Shown one piece after another: positions 1 to 9,423 of a stretch of 36,311 bases of DNA. The position numbers and the translations under genes were made by a program. Within the stretch, counting starts at the first letter, position 1. Each line of letters starts with the position of its first letter. This DNA comes from a virus (lineage: Duplodnaviria > Caudoviricetes): positions 1-36,311 of IMG/VR virus record IMGVR_UViG_3300021133_000015; one strand, 5' to 3'. A model generated the notes under the pieces. It was not told where the DNA came from, did no database searches, and worked only from the letters and a program-made list of their open reading frames with translations.

Positions 1-616
1 CCATTGATGCCCCGACCGGCAAGGGCGCCTGGCCAAACCCAATCGTCGCCGCGTCCGGGCCAACCGTGATCTCGGGACCGTAACCGGCCAGGGCAACCAT
101 GCTGTGGTTCAGATAGACGCCCGGCTGTTGCGACGAGCCGTTGCCCCCGCACGATCCCGCAACTTGCACGTAATACCCAAGCTTCACCGCATCGGGCTCC
201 TGGATCGGGCTTGTGCCGTCACGGTTAAAGACCTTCGGCGCATAGCCGCTGCTGAAGGATAGCACCCAGTGACCGGGGAACCCCTCACGCTCGCACGGCT
301 TACGACCGCGACGGTTGGGCAGCTGACTATCGCCGTCCGTGATCTTCCAGGCAAACGTCGGCACGTTGAACTGCCCCTGTGGAAACGACCGCTGACCCAC
401 GCCCCAGATCTGTTTACCCCACTCCGTCTGGTTCCAGTGCGTCTCGCCGCCCTTAGCAACGGCGAGCGCGAAGAAATAGTCGGTCCGCGGCTGACCGGCG
501 TTCGGGCCAGTTTTGGTCACAAGAGGGTTGCCCTCGGCGTCCTGGGTCTGGCCCTTGTAAAGCGACCCCTGCACCAAACGGCCGACAGGGGTGAGGATTT
601 GAACTGACTCTGACAT
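1..616 (-). CDS. Phage single-stranded DNA-binding protein (DUF2815/gp2.5-like), truncated by the window edge
   Basis: Not in the ORF track because it runs off the left end. Manual translation from ATG at 616: MSESVQILTPVGRLVQGSLYKGQ...FAWKITDGDSQLPN...GFPGHWVLSFSS...QPGVYLNHSMV, open to base 1. GGAG RBS upstream. Adjacent to a DUF2800 nuclease, the usual context for this family. Confidence 0.7.
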   Translation of the reverse strand, partial: MSESVQILTPVGRLVQGSLYKGQTQDAEGNPLVTKTGPNAGQPRTDYFFALAVAKGGETHWNQTEWGKQIWGVGQRSFPQGQFNVPTFAWKITDGDSQLPNRRGRKPCEREGFPGHWVLSFSSGYAPKVFNRDGTSPIQEPDAVKLGYYVQVAGSCGGNGSSQQPGVYLNHSMVALAGYGPEITVGPDAATIGFGQAPLPVGASM

Positions 617-631
617 ATCTCGTCTCCCGGG

Positions 632-1717
632 TTACTGTTTCGACCCGAATACCCGCTGGGCATCGGTCGTGGTGATGGGGACCAGCTTCGGCGTCCCCGG
701 TTTACGTTCGCTGATGGTGCGGACCATTTCGGCCGGAACACCCGCCTTTTGCGCTTGTGTCGGCGTGATCGGCTCCGACGGTTTGGCGAGGGGTATGTTG
801 AACAACTCGCCCAACGCAAACACCTCGGCCACCGGCACACTCCAATGAACGCGTCCCGGCGGATGGTCGATCGTCCAGCCAAGAACGCCCTCGCCCGCCC
901 GGATCCGAGCCATAGCCTCCGCTTCAAGGCCCGATAAACGCGCCTCAATCTGCTCTTGCGCCCGCCGCATCAGCGCCACTTCAAAGCCTAACGCCGTCGG
1001 ACCCAACTCGAACGGCGTGGCGTCGCCGAGCATGTCGAGCGTCGCCAGCGTCGTATCCCGCAACGCCGGGCACACGGACCGCGCCGAGCAGTATTTACAG
1101 TGCGGCCCTGGCACTGTGTCGGGATCGATGCCCAGCGCCGCTTCCGCCGCGGTGCGTAAAACCCGCGTGTAATTGCGGATCTCCGGTGCCGTCAGGCGCC
1201 ACGACCGCACCGGGCCTTGCGGATGATAGGCACGGGGCTGGACGATCGTCAGGTTATACGTCCAGTCGATCGCCTCATCGCCGATCAGATCGTAGATGCC
1301 GCTGGCGTAGGCCAAGAGCTGCCAGTTTTCATAAACCTCGACCAGCCCATAGCCATATTTGAAGTCGAAAATATGGGCCTCCTTCTTCAGGTAATCGAGT
1401 GAATACGCATCGCATGTGCCCCAGACATCCGGACCGATGCTCTGGCATTCGACGCGCGCCTCGACCTTCGCAAGCACCCGCGTCGCCCGAACCGTGTCGA
1501 CGAACAGATCGACATGGTCGAGCATGTCAAGCGGCGCGTCGAACGGACCGCGGTTGCCGTTCAATATATGCGACGCTAGGGCGTGCGCGGCGGTCCCTTC
1601 ATCCGCCGCCGTTGTGTCGTCCCGGCGTTCGGGAAACTGCTCCTGCAGCACGACCGAACCCGGGCACTCAACCCACCGATCGGCCGACGATGGCGCTAAC
1701 CGTGCATGCTCGGTCAT
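632..1717 (-). CDS. DUF2800 / Cas4-like PD-(D/E)XK exonuclease
   Basis: HARLAPSSADRWVECPGS, EGTAAH, GTCD...IFDFKYG, QLLAYA, IVQPR, and C-terminal HCKYCSARSVC giving a 1+3 Cys arrangement typical of the family. Confidence 0.85.
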   Translation of the reverse strand: MTEHARLAPSSADRWVECPGSVVLQEQFPERRDDTTAADEGTAAHALASHILNGNRGPFDAPLDMLDHVDLFVDTVRATRVLAKVEARVECQSIGPDVWGTCDAYSLDYLKKEAHIFDFKYGYGLVEVYENWQLLAYASGIYDLIGDEAIDWTYNLTIVQPRAYHPQGPVRSWRLTAPEIRNYTRVLRTAAEAALGIDPDTVPGPHCKYCSARSVCPALRDTTLATLDMLGDATPFELGPTALGFEVALMRRAQEQIEARLSGLEAEAMARIRAGEGVLGWTIDHPPGRVHWSVPVAEVFALGELFNIPLAKPSEPITPTQAQKAGVPAEMVRTISERKPGTPKLVPITTTDAQRVFGSKQ

Positions 1718-2415
1718 AGCGCGACCCCCAACTGCAGAAGGAACATCGGGACCAGTTCCGGATGCTGGCTAAGGCCCTGCAAGCCGCCGGTTACGCCGAG
1801 CGTCTGCAACACCGACGCGACCTGCGGCATCGTCAGCTTACCCGCCGCAAGCGCCGCGGTGATGTGCGGCATCGCGGCGGAAAGCGTGACAATCGGCGGA
1901 GGTTCCACGTCGCACGGGACCGGCGGCGGGGGCGGAGGCGGCGGAGGCGGCGGCGGAACGACCGTGCCGCTGACCCGAGCGCGCAGTTCAGCCTCGACGG
2001 CGCGCACCGTCTCGACCGGCGTATTGCGCCGTTGCCGCCACCCCCCGGTGGCGGTCTTGGCCCGCGACGACGCGTGAATACGCTCGTCCCAGGGCATGCC
2101 CTCGGCGTCGACCTCGGTCGGGTCGCCCACAACCGCCGGTTCGTCAGTCGCCGGTTCGTCGGCCTCGGTCTTATTCGCCAGGAATGCCGCAAACGCCGCC
2201 GCGGCTTCGGCCTGGGTCTGCTCGACCGTCGGCACAACAGGCGCGAGGGGCGGTGGGGGCACGTCGACCACGACCGTCGGCAATGCGACCGCCGCTTCCT
2301 CATTGCTGTGCGCGATTTCGCGCAGTTCAGCATACCTATTAAGGACGTCCGCAATATCGCGGATCTCCTGGGGCGAATCGTAATCGCCGACCTTGATGTT
2401 AATTTCAGGCACCAT
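1714..2415 (-). CDS. Phage hypothetical protein with low-complexity acidic/Pro linkers
   Basis: AGGAG RBS before ATG 2415 (or GTG 2412); stop overlaps the start of the next gene. Contains DAEGMPWDERIHASSRAKTATGGWRQRR and a poly-Pro run. Confidence 0.7.
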   Translation of the reverse strand: MVPEINIKVGDYDSPQEIRDIADVLNRYAELREIAHSNEEAAVALPTVVVDVPPPPLAPVVPTVEQTQAEAAAAFAAFLANKTEADEPATDEPAVVGDPTEVDAEGMPWDERIHASSRAKTATGGWRQRRNTPVETVRAVEAELRARVSGTVVPPPPPPPPPPPPVPCDVEPPPIVTLSAAMPHITAALAAGKLTMPQVASVLQTLGVTGGLQGLSQHPELVPMFLLQLGVAL

Positions 2416-2426
2416 GTTCTCCTGTG

Positions 2427-2470
2427 TTGACGACGCCGTGACCACTACCCTATCCTAACCGAGAGGTCAA
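2427..2470. promoter_or_regulatory. Candidate overlapping divergent sigma70-type promoters
   Basis: Plus strand: TTGACG (2427-2432), 18 nt, TATCCT (2451-2456). Minus strand: TTGACC (2470-2465), 17 nt, TAGTGG. Lies in the only gap between divergent operons. Confidence 0.4.
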
Positions 2471-2474
2471 GAGC

Positions 2475-5150
2475 ATGCAGTTACGCGATTATCAACAGAC
2501 AGCCCGGGATGATGTAGCCGCTGCGTGGCGCAACGGCCTGACGAACGTGCTTGCCGTGATGCCTACGGGCGCGGGCAAGTGCTTGGGCCGCGATACCCCT
2601 GTCCTATTATGGACCGGCGAGATCAAGGCCGTTCAAGACATCAAAGTGGACGACCTTCTTATGGGGCCGGACAGTGCGCCGCGTCGAGTTGTCTCTTTAG
2701 CCCGCGGCCAAGAAGAGATGTACCGCATCGTGCCTAAAAAAGGCGACCCGTTCGTCGTCAATAAATCGCACGTCATGTCGTTTATGATGACGTTCAGTCG
2801 AGCTTCATTTGAAGGCCATAAGGGCGGCAGCATCGTTAACATGCCGTTGGCAGACTATTTATCTCGAACAAAAACTTTCAAGCATGGGGCAAAGATATGG
2901 AGAACCGGCGTAAATTTTCCTGAGCAAGCAACGCCCCTGCCTCTTGATCCCTGGTTTTTAGGTGCGTGGCTGGGCGACGGCACTTCTCGTTCTCCGTCAA
3001 TTACAACGGGAGATCCAGAAATTGTGTCCGCACTGGAAAACTATGCAAAATCAATTGGCATGGTAATTCGGAAAGAGCCAAATTCTGAAAACTCCATTGT
3101 TGTCCATATAAATACGGGGGTCAAAGGCCTTGGCCGGGGGATAAAGCACAACCTGTTGAAAAACGTCATGGAGCACATGGGGCTGCTAAAAAACAAGCAT
3201 GTGCCGTTTCAATATAAAACCGCGTCTCGAAAAGACCGGCTGGAGCTTTTGGCTGGAATTATAGATACGGACGGTTTTTGGAGTGGAAAAGGATATGAGT
3301 TGATCCTTAAAAACAAACAACTCTTAGAGGACGTCGTGTTCATCGCCCGTTCTCTCGGGTTTTCCGCATATCCTTATGAAACCCAAAAAACGTGCGGAAA
3401 TAACGGGAAAACAGGAACGTATTGGCGGTGTTCAATTAACGGTCCTGTAGAAACCGTGCCATGCCGCATTCCAAGAAAACAAGCGCCCCCGCGGTTACAG
3501 AAAAAAAATCCTTTAGTTTCCGGGTTTAGCGTCGAGCCTCTCGGCGAAGGCGACTACTATGGGTTTGAAATTTCCGGAAACGATCGTCTTTTCTTGTTGG
3601 GCGATTTCACAGTCACGCATAATACCGTGCTTTTCGGCACGATACTGCGCGACGAATCGGGTCCGGCCATTGCGATCGCTCATCGGCAAGAACTGGTCGG
3701 GCAGATGAGCACGACTCTGGCGAAACAGCAAGTGCGTCACCGGATTATCGCGCCGACCAACGTTATCCGCGACGTCGTTTCTATTCACATGCGCGAGTTT
3801 GGCGCCTCTTATTACGACCCGAACAGCCGAGTCGCCGTCGCCGGCGTCGATACGCTGATCCGCCGCGACCGCGAGCCCTGGATGAACGACATAGGGCTCT
3901 GGGTCTGTGACGAAGGCCATCATCTCGTGCGGGGCAACAAGTGGCACACTGCCACGACGATGTTCCCCAACGCCCGTGGCCTGGGCGTTACGGCCACACC
4001 CTTGCGGGCCGACGGTAAAGGCCTGGGTCGATCGGCAGACGGCGTTTTCGACATCCTGGTCGAAGGACCGCAAATGCGGGCCCTGATTGAACAGGGGTTT
4101 CTGACGGAATATCGGATCTTCGCCCCGCCCAGCGATCTGAACTTGGCCGACGTGCCGATATCCGACGCAACGGGCGATTATAACGCCCCCGCGCTGCGTG
4201 AAGCAGCGGCCAAGAGCCGTATCGTCGGCGACGCGGTAGAGTCGTATCTGCGGATCGCGCGCGGCAAGCTAGGCGTGACGTTCTGCGTGTCCGTCGATCT
4301 GGCGGCCCAGACCGCTGCACGGTATCGTGAGGCGGGCGTGCCGGCCGAAATGCTGTCGGCCAAGACGCCCGACGTCGTCCGTGCGGCCACGTTGCGGAAA
4401 TTCCGCAATCGGGAAATCCTACAGATATGCAACGTCGATCTGTTCGGCGAGGGCTTCGATCTGCCCGCGCTGGAGGTCGTCAGCATGGCCCGGCCAACCA
4501 TGTCCTATGGATTATACGCGCAGCAGTTCGGCCGTGCGCTACGCCCTATGGACGGCAAAGACGCGGCTATAATTATAGATCATGCCGGTAACGTCATCCG
4601 TCACGGCGTGCCCGACGCGCCGCGGGTTTGGTCGCTCGGTCGCCGGCCGAAGCGGGCGCGCAGCGACAATACCCCGCCGACGATGCGCGTCTGCCCCGAA
4701 TGCACGGGCGTTTACGAACGGATCCGGGTCTGCTGCCCCTACTGTGGCCACGAGCCTGTGCCGGCGGTGCGGACGTCGCCGCAGCTCGTCGAGGGTGACC
4801 TATATGAACTCGACCCCGCAGTGCTTGCTCGACTACGCGGGCAAGCCGCGCGTATAGACGACCTTCCTCTGATACCGCACGGCGCGACGCGCGAGGTGCG
4901 GAACGCGATTATAAAACGGCATCGGGAGAAACAGGTGGCCCAAAGCGCGCTGCGGGAAACGATTGCTTGGTGGGCGGGGTGGCAGAAATCGCTCGGCCGC
5001 AGCGATCGCGAATCGTATCGGCGTTTTTATGCCGAGTTCGGAGTCGACGTCGCCACAGCCCAGACGCTGGGCACGACTGACGCTGCTGACCTGCGGGGCC
5101 GGATCGGCCAGGCGCTGGCGGGAGCGGGTATTAGGGGGGTAGCGGCATGA
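2475..5150 (+). CDS. Superfamily 2 (DEAD/DEAH-like) DNA helicase with C-terminal zinc ribbon, interrupted by an intein
   Basis: Q-motif LRDYQ, Walker A PTGAGK|T, AHRQEL, DEGHH, TATP, GEGFDLP, QQFGRALR, DHAGN, CPEC...CPYC. Confidence 0.92.
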   Translation: MQLRDYQQTARDDVAAAWRNGLTNVLAVMPTGAGKCLGRDTPVLLWTGEIKAVQDIKVDDLLMGPDSAPRRVVSLARGQEEMYRIVPKKGDPFVVNKSHVMSFMMTFSRASFEGHKGGSIVNMPLADYLSRTKTFKHGAKIWRTGVNFPEQATPLPLDPWFLGAWLGDGTSRSPSITTGDPEIVSALENYAKSIGMVIRKEPNSENSIVVHINTGVKGLGRGIKHNLLKNVMEHMGLLKNKHVPFQYKTASRKDRLELLAGIIDTDGFWSGKGYELILKNKQLLEDVVFIARSLGFSAYPYETQKTCGNNGKTGTYWRCSINGPVETVPCRIPRKQAPPRLQKKNPLVSGFSVEPLGEGDYYGFEISGNDRLFLLGDFTVTHNTVLFGTILRDESGPAIAIAHRQELVGQMSTTLAKQQVRHRIIAPTNVIRDVVSIHMREFGASYYDPNSRVAVAGVDTLIRRDREPWMNDIGLWVCDEGHHLVRGNKWHTATTMFPNARGLGVTATPLRADGKGLGRSADGVFDILVEGPQMRALIEQGFLTEYRIFAPPSDLNLADVPISDATGDYNAPALREAAAKSRIVGDAVESYLRIARGKLGVTFCVSVDLAAQTAARYREAGVPAEMLSAKTPDVVRAATLRKFRNREILQICNVDLFGEGFDLPALEVVSMARPTMSYGLYAQQFGRALRPMDGKDAAIIIDHAGNVIRHGVPDAPRVWSLGRRPKRARSDNTPPTMRVCPECTGVYERIRVCCPYCGHEPVPAVRTSPQLVEGDLYELDPAVLARLRGQAARIDDLPLIPHGATREVRNAIIKRHREKQVAQSALRETIAWWAGWQKSLGRSDRESYRRFYAEFGVDVATAQTLGTTDAADLRGRIGQALAGAGIRGVAA
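2580..3623 (+). mobile_element. Intein (348 aa) with LAGLIDADG homing endonuclease
   Basis: Begins CLGRDTPVL after GAGK and ends ...LLGDFTVTHN followed by +1 Thr. Block B-like VNKSHVM; endonuclease motifs FLGAWLGDG and LLAGIIDTDG. DNA is visibly more AT-rich than the exteins. Confidence 0.93.
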
Positions 5151-5431
5151 AACTGACGCGGGGTGTTGCTGAATATGATCTGGAAAGCAAAGAGCCTGTT
5201 GCGGTCCGTCTGGGTTCGGTCGATTACGTGTTGACCCGGGTAGACTGGCGTTCTTTGAAAACGGCGGTCGAACAGCATCGGCCCTCCGTGCTCGGTATAC
5301 CCGTGTATTACGCCGTGACGCCGATCGGTATACCCGTGTATTACGCCGTGACGCCGAATGGCCGGACGTTTCTATACCCGGTCCCATCCGATAATTGGGT
5401 ATTAATAACAGACGCGGACGTGAAGGCATGA
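5147..5431 (+). CDS. Hypothetical protein with internal 11-aa duplication; resembles the beta-domain of phage adaptor proteins
   Basis: ATGA overlaps with both neighbouring genes. Motifs LTRGVAEYDL and GIPVYYAVTP(x2)NGRTFLYPVPSD. Confidence 0.6.
   Translation: MKLTRGVAEYDLESKEPVAVRLGSVDYVLTRVDWRSLKTAVEQHRPSVLGIPVYYAVTPIGIPVYYAVTPNGRTFLYPVPSDNWVLITDADVKA
5292..5357 (+). repeat. Perfect 33-bp tandem duplication
   Basis: TCGGTATACCCGTGTATTACGCCGTGACGCCGA at 5292-5324 and 5325-5357. Confidence 0.95.
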
Positions 5432-5796
5432 CACCCGAAGCCCAGGCCCAGAACGCCGTGCGCCTCGCCGCGTCCCAGGCGGGCGCGCGGCTTTGGAGGA
5501 ACAATCTCGGTGCCGGAAAACTGGACAACGGATCGTTCGTGCGGTGGGGGTTGGCCAACGACACCGCGGCGTTGAACGATCATATCAAATCGGGCGATCT
5601 GATCGGCATACGACCGGTCCTTATCACACCGGCCCATGTCGGCCAGGTTTTGGGTGTGTTTGTCAGCCGCGAGGTGAAACGCCCCGGCTGGCGGTTTCGG
5701 CCGAACGATAAGCGCGAGGCCGCGCAACAGCGATGGATCGAGCTAGTCCGCAGCCTTGGCGGCGATGCGGCGTTTACCACAGGGGAATGGATATGA
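5428..5796 (+). CDS. VRR-NUC domain nuclease (Holliday junction resolvase-like)
   Basis: EAQAQNAVR, WRNNLG, SGDLIG, EVKRPG, AQQRWIELVRSLGGDA. Start at the ATGA overlap at 5428. Confidence 0.85.
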   Translation: MTPEAQAQNAVRLAASQAGARLWRNNLGAGKLDNGSFVRWGLANDTAALNDHIKSGDLIGIRPVLITPAHVGQVLGVFVSREVKRPGWRFRPNDKREAAQQRWIELVRSLGGDAAFTTGEWI

Positions 5797-6347
5797 ACTC
5801 GCAGCCAGAACGCTTGCCCGCAGCGGCGCGGCGTGACCAGATACTCGACGCTGCGATGCCCCTGGCCGAGGTGCTCGGGTTTACCGGCGTCAGCCGCGCC
5901 GCGGTCGCCGAGGTGCTCGGCATACACGAGACCCTGGTGTCCTATTATTGGACGCCGGCCGAGACGTTCCATTCGGCTATTATGGAACGCGCCGTGGCAA
6001 CCGGTAACCTGCGCGTTTTGACGCAGGGGCTGGTCGCGCGGCACCCCGTCGCCCTCGCCGCCCCGTCGGGGCTACGGCGGATGGCGGCGGCATCGTTAAT
6101 CTCAACGGAGACATATGACATGCTCACGGAAAACGACCTGTTGAATATCGAACTGCGGAACCGCGGCCACGAGGACGTTGCCGCGCTGATCCAGGAAATA
6201 AAGTATCTGCGTGACGAATGCGCCATGCAGCACGGCCAAATCGTCGGGTTCGACGAACTATACGCCGAGCAGAAGGACCGGATCGCGAAATTACAGATCG
6301 AGGTCCGCGATTTACAGGGAGAGCTGTTCGCGGCTCGTACGCTGTGA
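5793..6347 (+). CDS. TetR-like helix-turn-helix regulator with C-terminal coiled coil (possibly two fused genes)
   Basis: RRDQILDAAMPLAEVLGFTGVSRAAVAEVLGIHETLVSYYW matches the TetR N-terminal HTH. Start is 5787 or 5793. Confidence 0.75.
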   Translation: MNSQPERLPAAARRDQILDAAMPLAEVLGFTGVSRAAVAEVLGIHETLVSYYWTPAETFHSAIMERAVATGNLRVLTQGLVARHPVALAAPSGLRRMAAASLISTETYDMLTENDLLNIELRNRGHEDVAALIQEIKYLRDECAMQHGQIVGFDELYAEQKDRIAKLQIEVRDLQGELFAARTL

Positions 6348-6353
6348 CCAGAC

Positions 6354-8819
6354 ATGAGAAAATATATCCTCTATCGGCTGGTCCCGTCGGCCAATCGTCC
6401 CGGCAAGACCGACAAAATACCGCTCAGTCCGGTGACGCTGCGGACACACAGCCCGCTTGACCCGGAACACTGGGTAACCTGGGACGAGGCCAAGGCCGCG
6501 GCTGATCGGCTGGGCGCCGGTTTCGGTGTCGGCTGGGTGGTGCAGCCCGGCGAATGGTTCGTCGACATCGACAACGCCCGCGATCCGTCACGGGCGTCCG
6601 GCTGGTCGGCCGCGTCAGAACGTATCCTGGCGCTGCTGGCGGGTTGTTACGTCGAGGTGTCGCAGTCCGGCAACGGGCTGCACGCCGCCGGGCGCGGGGT
6701 TGTTCCCCCGCACGCGATCGAGATTGCCGGGCTCGGCGGGCTCTACACCGAAAAGCGGTTCTGCGCGCTGACCGGCATCCACGCCAGTGGCGATATGAAC
6801 CGCGATTTAACACTCCAGATCAGCCAAGTCGTGGCCGAGTTTTTCCCCGCGCGGGCGGGGGCGACCGCGGCTGAACCGCCGTTCGCCTGGACCACCGGAC
6901 CGGTCGAGGGGTGGTCTGGCCCCGAGGACGATGACGATCTGATCCGCCAAGCCCTCGCCTCGCGGTTGTCCGGACCCCAGGCGTTCGGCAGCAAGGCCAG
7001 TTTCCGGCAATTATGGGAACGGGATGAGGACGCCCTGGGCCGCGTATACCCCGATAAGTCTCGGGGCCGGTCGTTCGACCACAGCGAGGCCGACTATTAT
7101 CTGGCAGCAGCACTGGCCTATTGGACAGGCAAGGATTGTGACCGGATCGACCGGCTCATGCGCCGGTCGGGTCTCGCGCGCGACAAATACGACGACGATA
7201 GCTATCTGCGGCGGACGATCCTGCGCGTCTGCGGGCGACAGACGCAGGTGCGCGTCGGCCGGTCGGCCGCGGCCACACCGCGCGCCGGGGACGACCTGGC
7301 GGCGGGTGCGCCGGGTGCGGCCGTCGCCGATATCCGGGTGGTCGGGGCGGCGGATTATCCGGTTGTGTTCGGCGATGCGACGTATATCGAAGACCGGTAT
7401 GCAGCGGCGGTGCCCGACGGCACGGTGCTGAACCCGCAGCAGTTCCGCACGTCGGCGCGATACGGCGGGCGGGTATTCGCGCTCGGCGAAAATAAGGCGA
7501 CCCGCAACGCGTGGGAAGCGTTCACGGAGAGCGAATATTACGTGCCGCGGCGGGCACACGGGCTGTGTTTTCGGCCGGAGCATCCGCCGGGGGCGCTGCT
7601 GGCCGATGCCGGTCGCGTATTATACAACGGTTATATCCCTGTGCAGATGCCGGTATCGGACGAGAGCCCCGAGCCGTTCCTGGCGCATATGCAGAAACTG
7701 TTTCCGGTCGAGCGTGACCGGTCGATCCTGCTCTGCTGGATGGCGGCGCTGGTGCAGCACCCTGGCGTTAAATTTCAGTGGGCCCCGCTGATCCAGGGCA
7801 CCGAGGGCAACGGGAAAACCTTTATCGCCGCCGCGCTGACACACTGCCTGGGCGAGCGTTTTGTGCACACGCCCAGCGCGCAGGATCTTGCCAACAAATT
7901 TAACGGCTGGCTGGAGGGAAAATTACTGATTGTCGTCGAGGAAATACGTATCCACCGCGATCGTGTCGACGTGCTCGACGCGCTGAAACCCATCATCACG
8001 AACTCCCGAATCGAAATACAGCGCAAGGGGGCCGATCAGGTGACCGGCGACAACCGGGCAAACCTCATGGCTACGACCAATTTCCGCGATGCGGTCCCGA
8101 AAACCAACGACGACCGGCGGTATGCGCCGTTTTTCTGCGCGCAGCAGACGGCGGCCGACCTGGCCCGCGACGGCATGGACGGAGACTATTTTCCTCGTCT
8201 GTGGGGGTGGCTGCGCGCCGGCGGCGGTGCGGCGGTGAACGGCTACCTGCGGCGGATGCAGATCCCCGACGAACTGAACCCCGCCACATTGTGCCATCGC
8301 GCGCCGGTAACGTCGAGCACCGCCGAGGCGATCGAAACAACGCGCACGCCAGTCGAGCAGGCGATCGTCGAAGCGGTCGAACAGGGCAGATCCGGATTTC
8401 GGGGCGGGTGGATATCCAGCACGGCGGTGTCGGCCCTGCTGCGCGATAGCCGCCGGTTATACTTGCCGCTGGTCCATTATCGCCGGACGCTGGAAGGCCT
8501 GGGTTATGGTATGCGCGGCCGGACGGCTGCGGGGGTCACGCCCGATGGCATGCGGTCGGTGCTGTATTATAAAGGTATCCTAGAAGAGCGGCCGATCGCC
8601 GCGGACACAGCGGCGTATGAGGCAGCGCAGCAGGGGACCACAGTTGGGGCTGGGACCACCGCCCTGTTGGGTGTCGCCGCACCAGGAGGCATCGCCGCAC
8701 CAGGAGGCATCGCCACACCAGGAGGCATCGCCACACCAGGAGGCATCGCCACACCAGGAGGCATCGCCACACCAGGAGGCATCGTTGTGCCGTGGAAAAA
8801 AGAACCCGCGCAACGGTGA
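6354..8819 (+). CDS. Primase-polymerase (AEP, NrS-1-like) fused to SF3/D5-like helicase (DUF5906-like)
   Basis: VDID, EVSQSGNGLH, helical-bundle segment DHSEADYYLAAALAYWTG...RRSGL, Walker A GTEGNGKT, Walker B VVEE, TTN, DDRRY. Confidence 0.88.
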   Translation: MRKYILYRLVPSANRPGKTDKIPLSPVTLRTHSPLDPEHWVTWDEAKAAADRLGAGFGVGWVVQPGEWFVDIDNARDPSRASGWSAASERILALLAGCYVEVSQSGNGLHAAGRGVVPPHAIEIAGLGGLYTEKRFCALTGIHASGDMNRDLTLQISQVVAEFFPARAGATAAEPPFAWTTGPVEGWSGPEDDDDLIRQALASRLSGPQAFGSKASFRQLWERDEDALGRVYPDKSRGRSFDHSEADYYLAAALAYWTGKDCDRIDRLMRRSGLARDKYDDDSYLRRTILRVCGRQTQVRVGRSAAATPRAGDDLAAGAPGAAVADIRVVGAADYPVVFGDATYIEDRYAAAVPDGTVLNPQQFRTSARYGGRVFALGENKATRNAWEAFTESEYYVPRRAHGLCFRPEHPPGALLADAGRVLYNGYIPVQMPVSDESPEPFLAHMQKLFPVERDRSILLCWMAALVQHPGVKFQWAPLIQGTEGNGKTFIAAALTHCLGERFVHTPSAQDLANKFNGWLEGKLLIVVEEIRIHRDRVDVLDALKPIITNSRIEIQRKGADQVTGDNRANLMATTNFRDAVPKTNDDRRYAPFFCAQQTAADLARDGMDGDYFPRLWGWLRAGGGAAVNGYLRRMQIPDELNPATLCHRAPVTSSTAEAIETTRTPVEQAIVEAVEQGRSGFRGGWISSTAVSALLRDSRRLYLPLVHYRRTLEGLGYGMRGRTAAGVTPDGMRSVLYYKGILEERPIAADTAAYEAAQQGTTVGAGTTALLGVAAPGGIAAPGGIATPGGIATPGGIATPGGIATPGGIVVPWKKEPAQR
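8674..8784 (+). repeat. 18-bp coding tandem repeat x6 (PGGIA[A/T])
   Basis: TCGCCRCACCAGGAGGCA repeated six times at the 3' end of the primase gene. Confidence 0.95.
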
Positions 8820-8920
8820 ACCGCGCGCGGGTAAGTTTACATAGAGACAAAACAATGCACGGACCCCGTGTACCGATCGGGGTCCGGCGTTGTCAATGTC
8901 CACACGAGTCTACACGCGGG

Positions 8921-9091
8921 TCAAAGCAGCGCGGCCATGCCAAGCAGCAGGGCGGCCGCGATGGCCAGCATGCCGTATGACAGGCTCAGGCACCCGAATT
9001 GTCCATAGATACCGGCCGCACCGACACAGCCGGTCATGGCCAGTGTCAGCAGGGCTTCGATCATCATTAATTTCCAGAACGGTATACGCAT
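8921..9091 (-). CDS. Small membrane protein (56 aa)
   Basis: MRIPFWKLMMIEALLTLAMTGCVGAAGIYGQFGCLSLSYGMLAIAAALLLGMAALL; TGATG coupling to the upstream gene; two hydrophobic segments. Confidence 0.5.
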   Translation of the reverse strand: MRIPFWKLMMIEALLTLAMTGCVGAAGIYGQFGCLSLSYGMLAIAAALLLGMAALL

Positions 9092-9423
9092 CACGCAGCC
9101 TCCGGAAACCGGCGGTGGAGCGTATACAAAGCGGCTTGGCTGACGTTCAGTTCTTCCGCGATGTTCGGCCACGTATAGCCGCGGCGGCGCATGTTGCGTG
9201 CGCGGTGCAGCAATTTCGCCTGGGCGGTGGTCGGACCGACACGGACCGGGCGGTGCATGCCGCCGCGTTTGCGTTTCGGCGCGAGGCCCAGGCACGTCAG
9301 CAGACTGCCCGCGTTGGCCACAGTCTGAGGGTGAAGGCCGAGCGCCTCGGCGATCTCGTTATAAGTTTTCAGCGGTGTTTTGTTCAACTGGTCGACCATC
9401 TGGCGGGCGAGGGTGGGGGTCAT
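9091..9423 (-). CDS. Protein with two helix-turn-helix motifs
   Basis: TYNEIAEALGLHPQTV and GYTWPNIAEELNVSQAALY. Confidence 0.7.
   Translation of the reverse strand: MTPTLARQMVDQLNKTPLKTYNEIAEALGLHPQTVANAGSLLTCLGLAPKRKRGGMHRPVRVGPTTAQAKLLHRARNMRRRGYTWPNIAEELNVSQAALYTLHRRFPEAA

Noticed and set aside
1922-1956. GGC/GGA triplet run (a similar run lies at about 24141-24170)
   Set aside because: Explained by a poly-Pro linker here and a poly-Gly linker in the nozzle gene.
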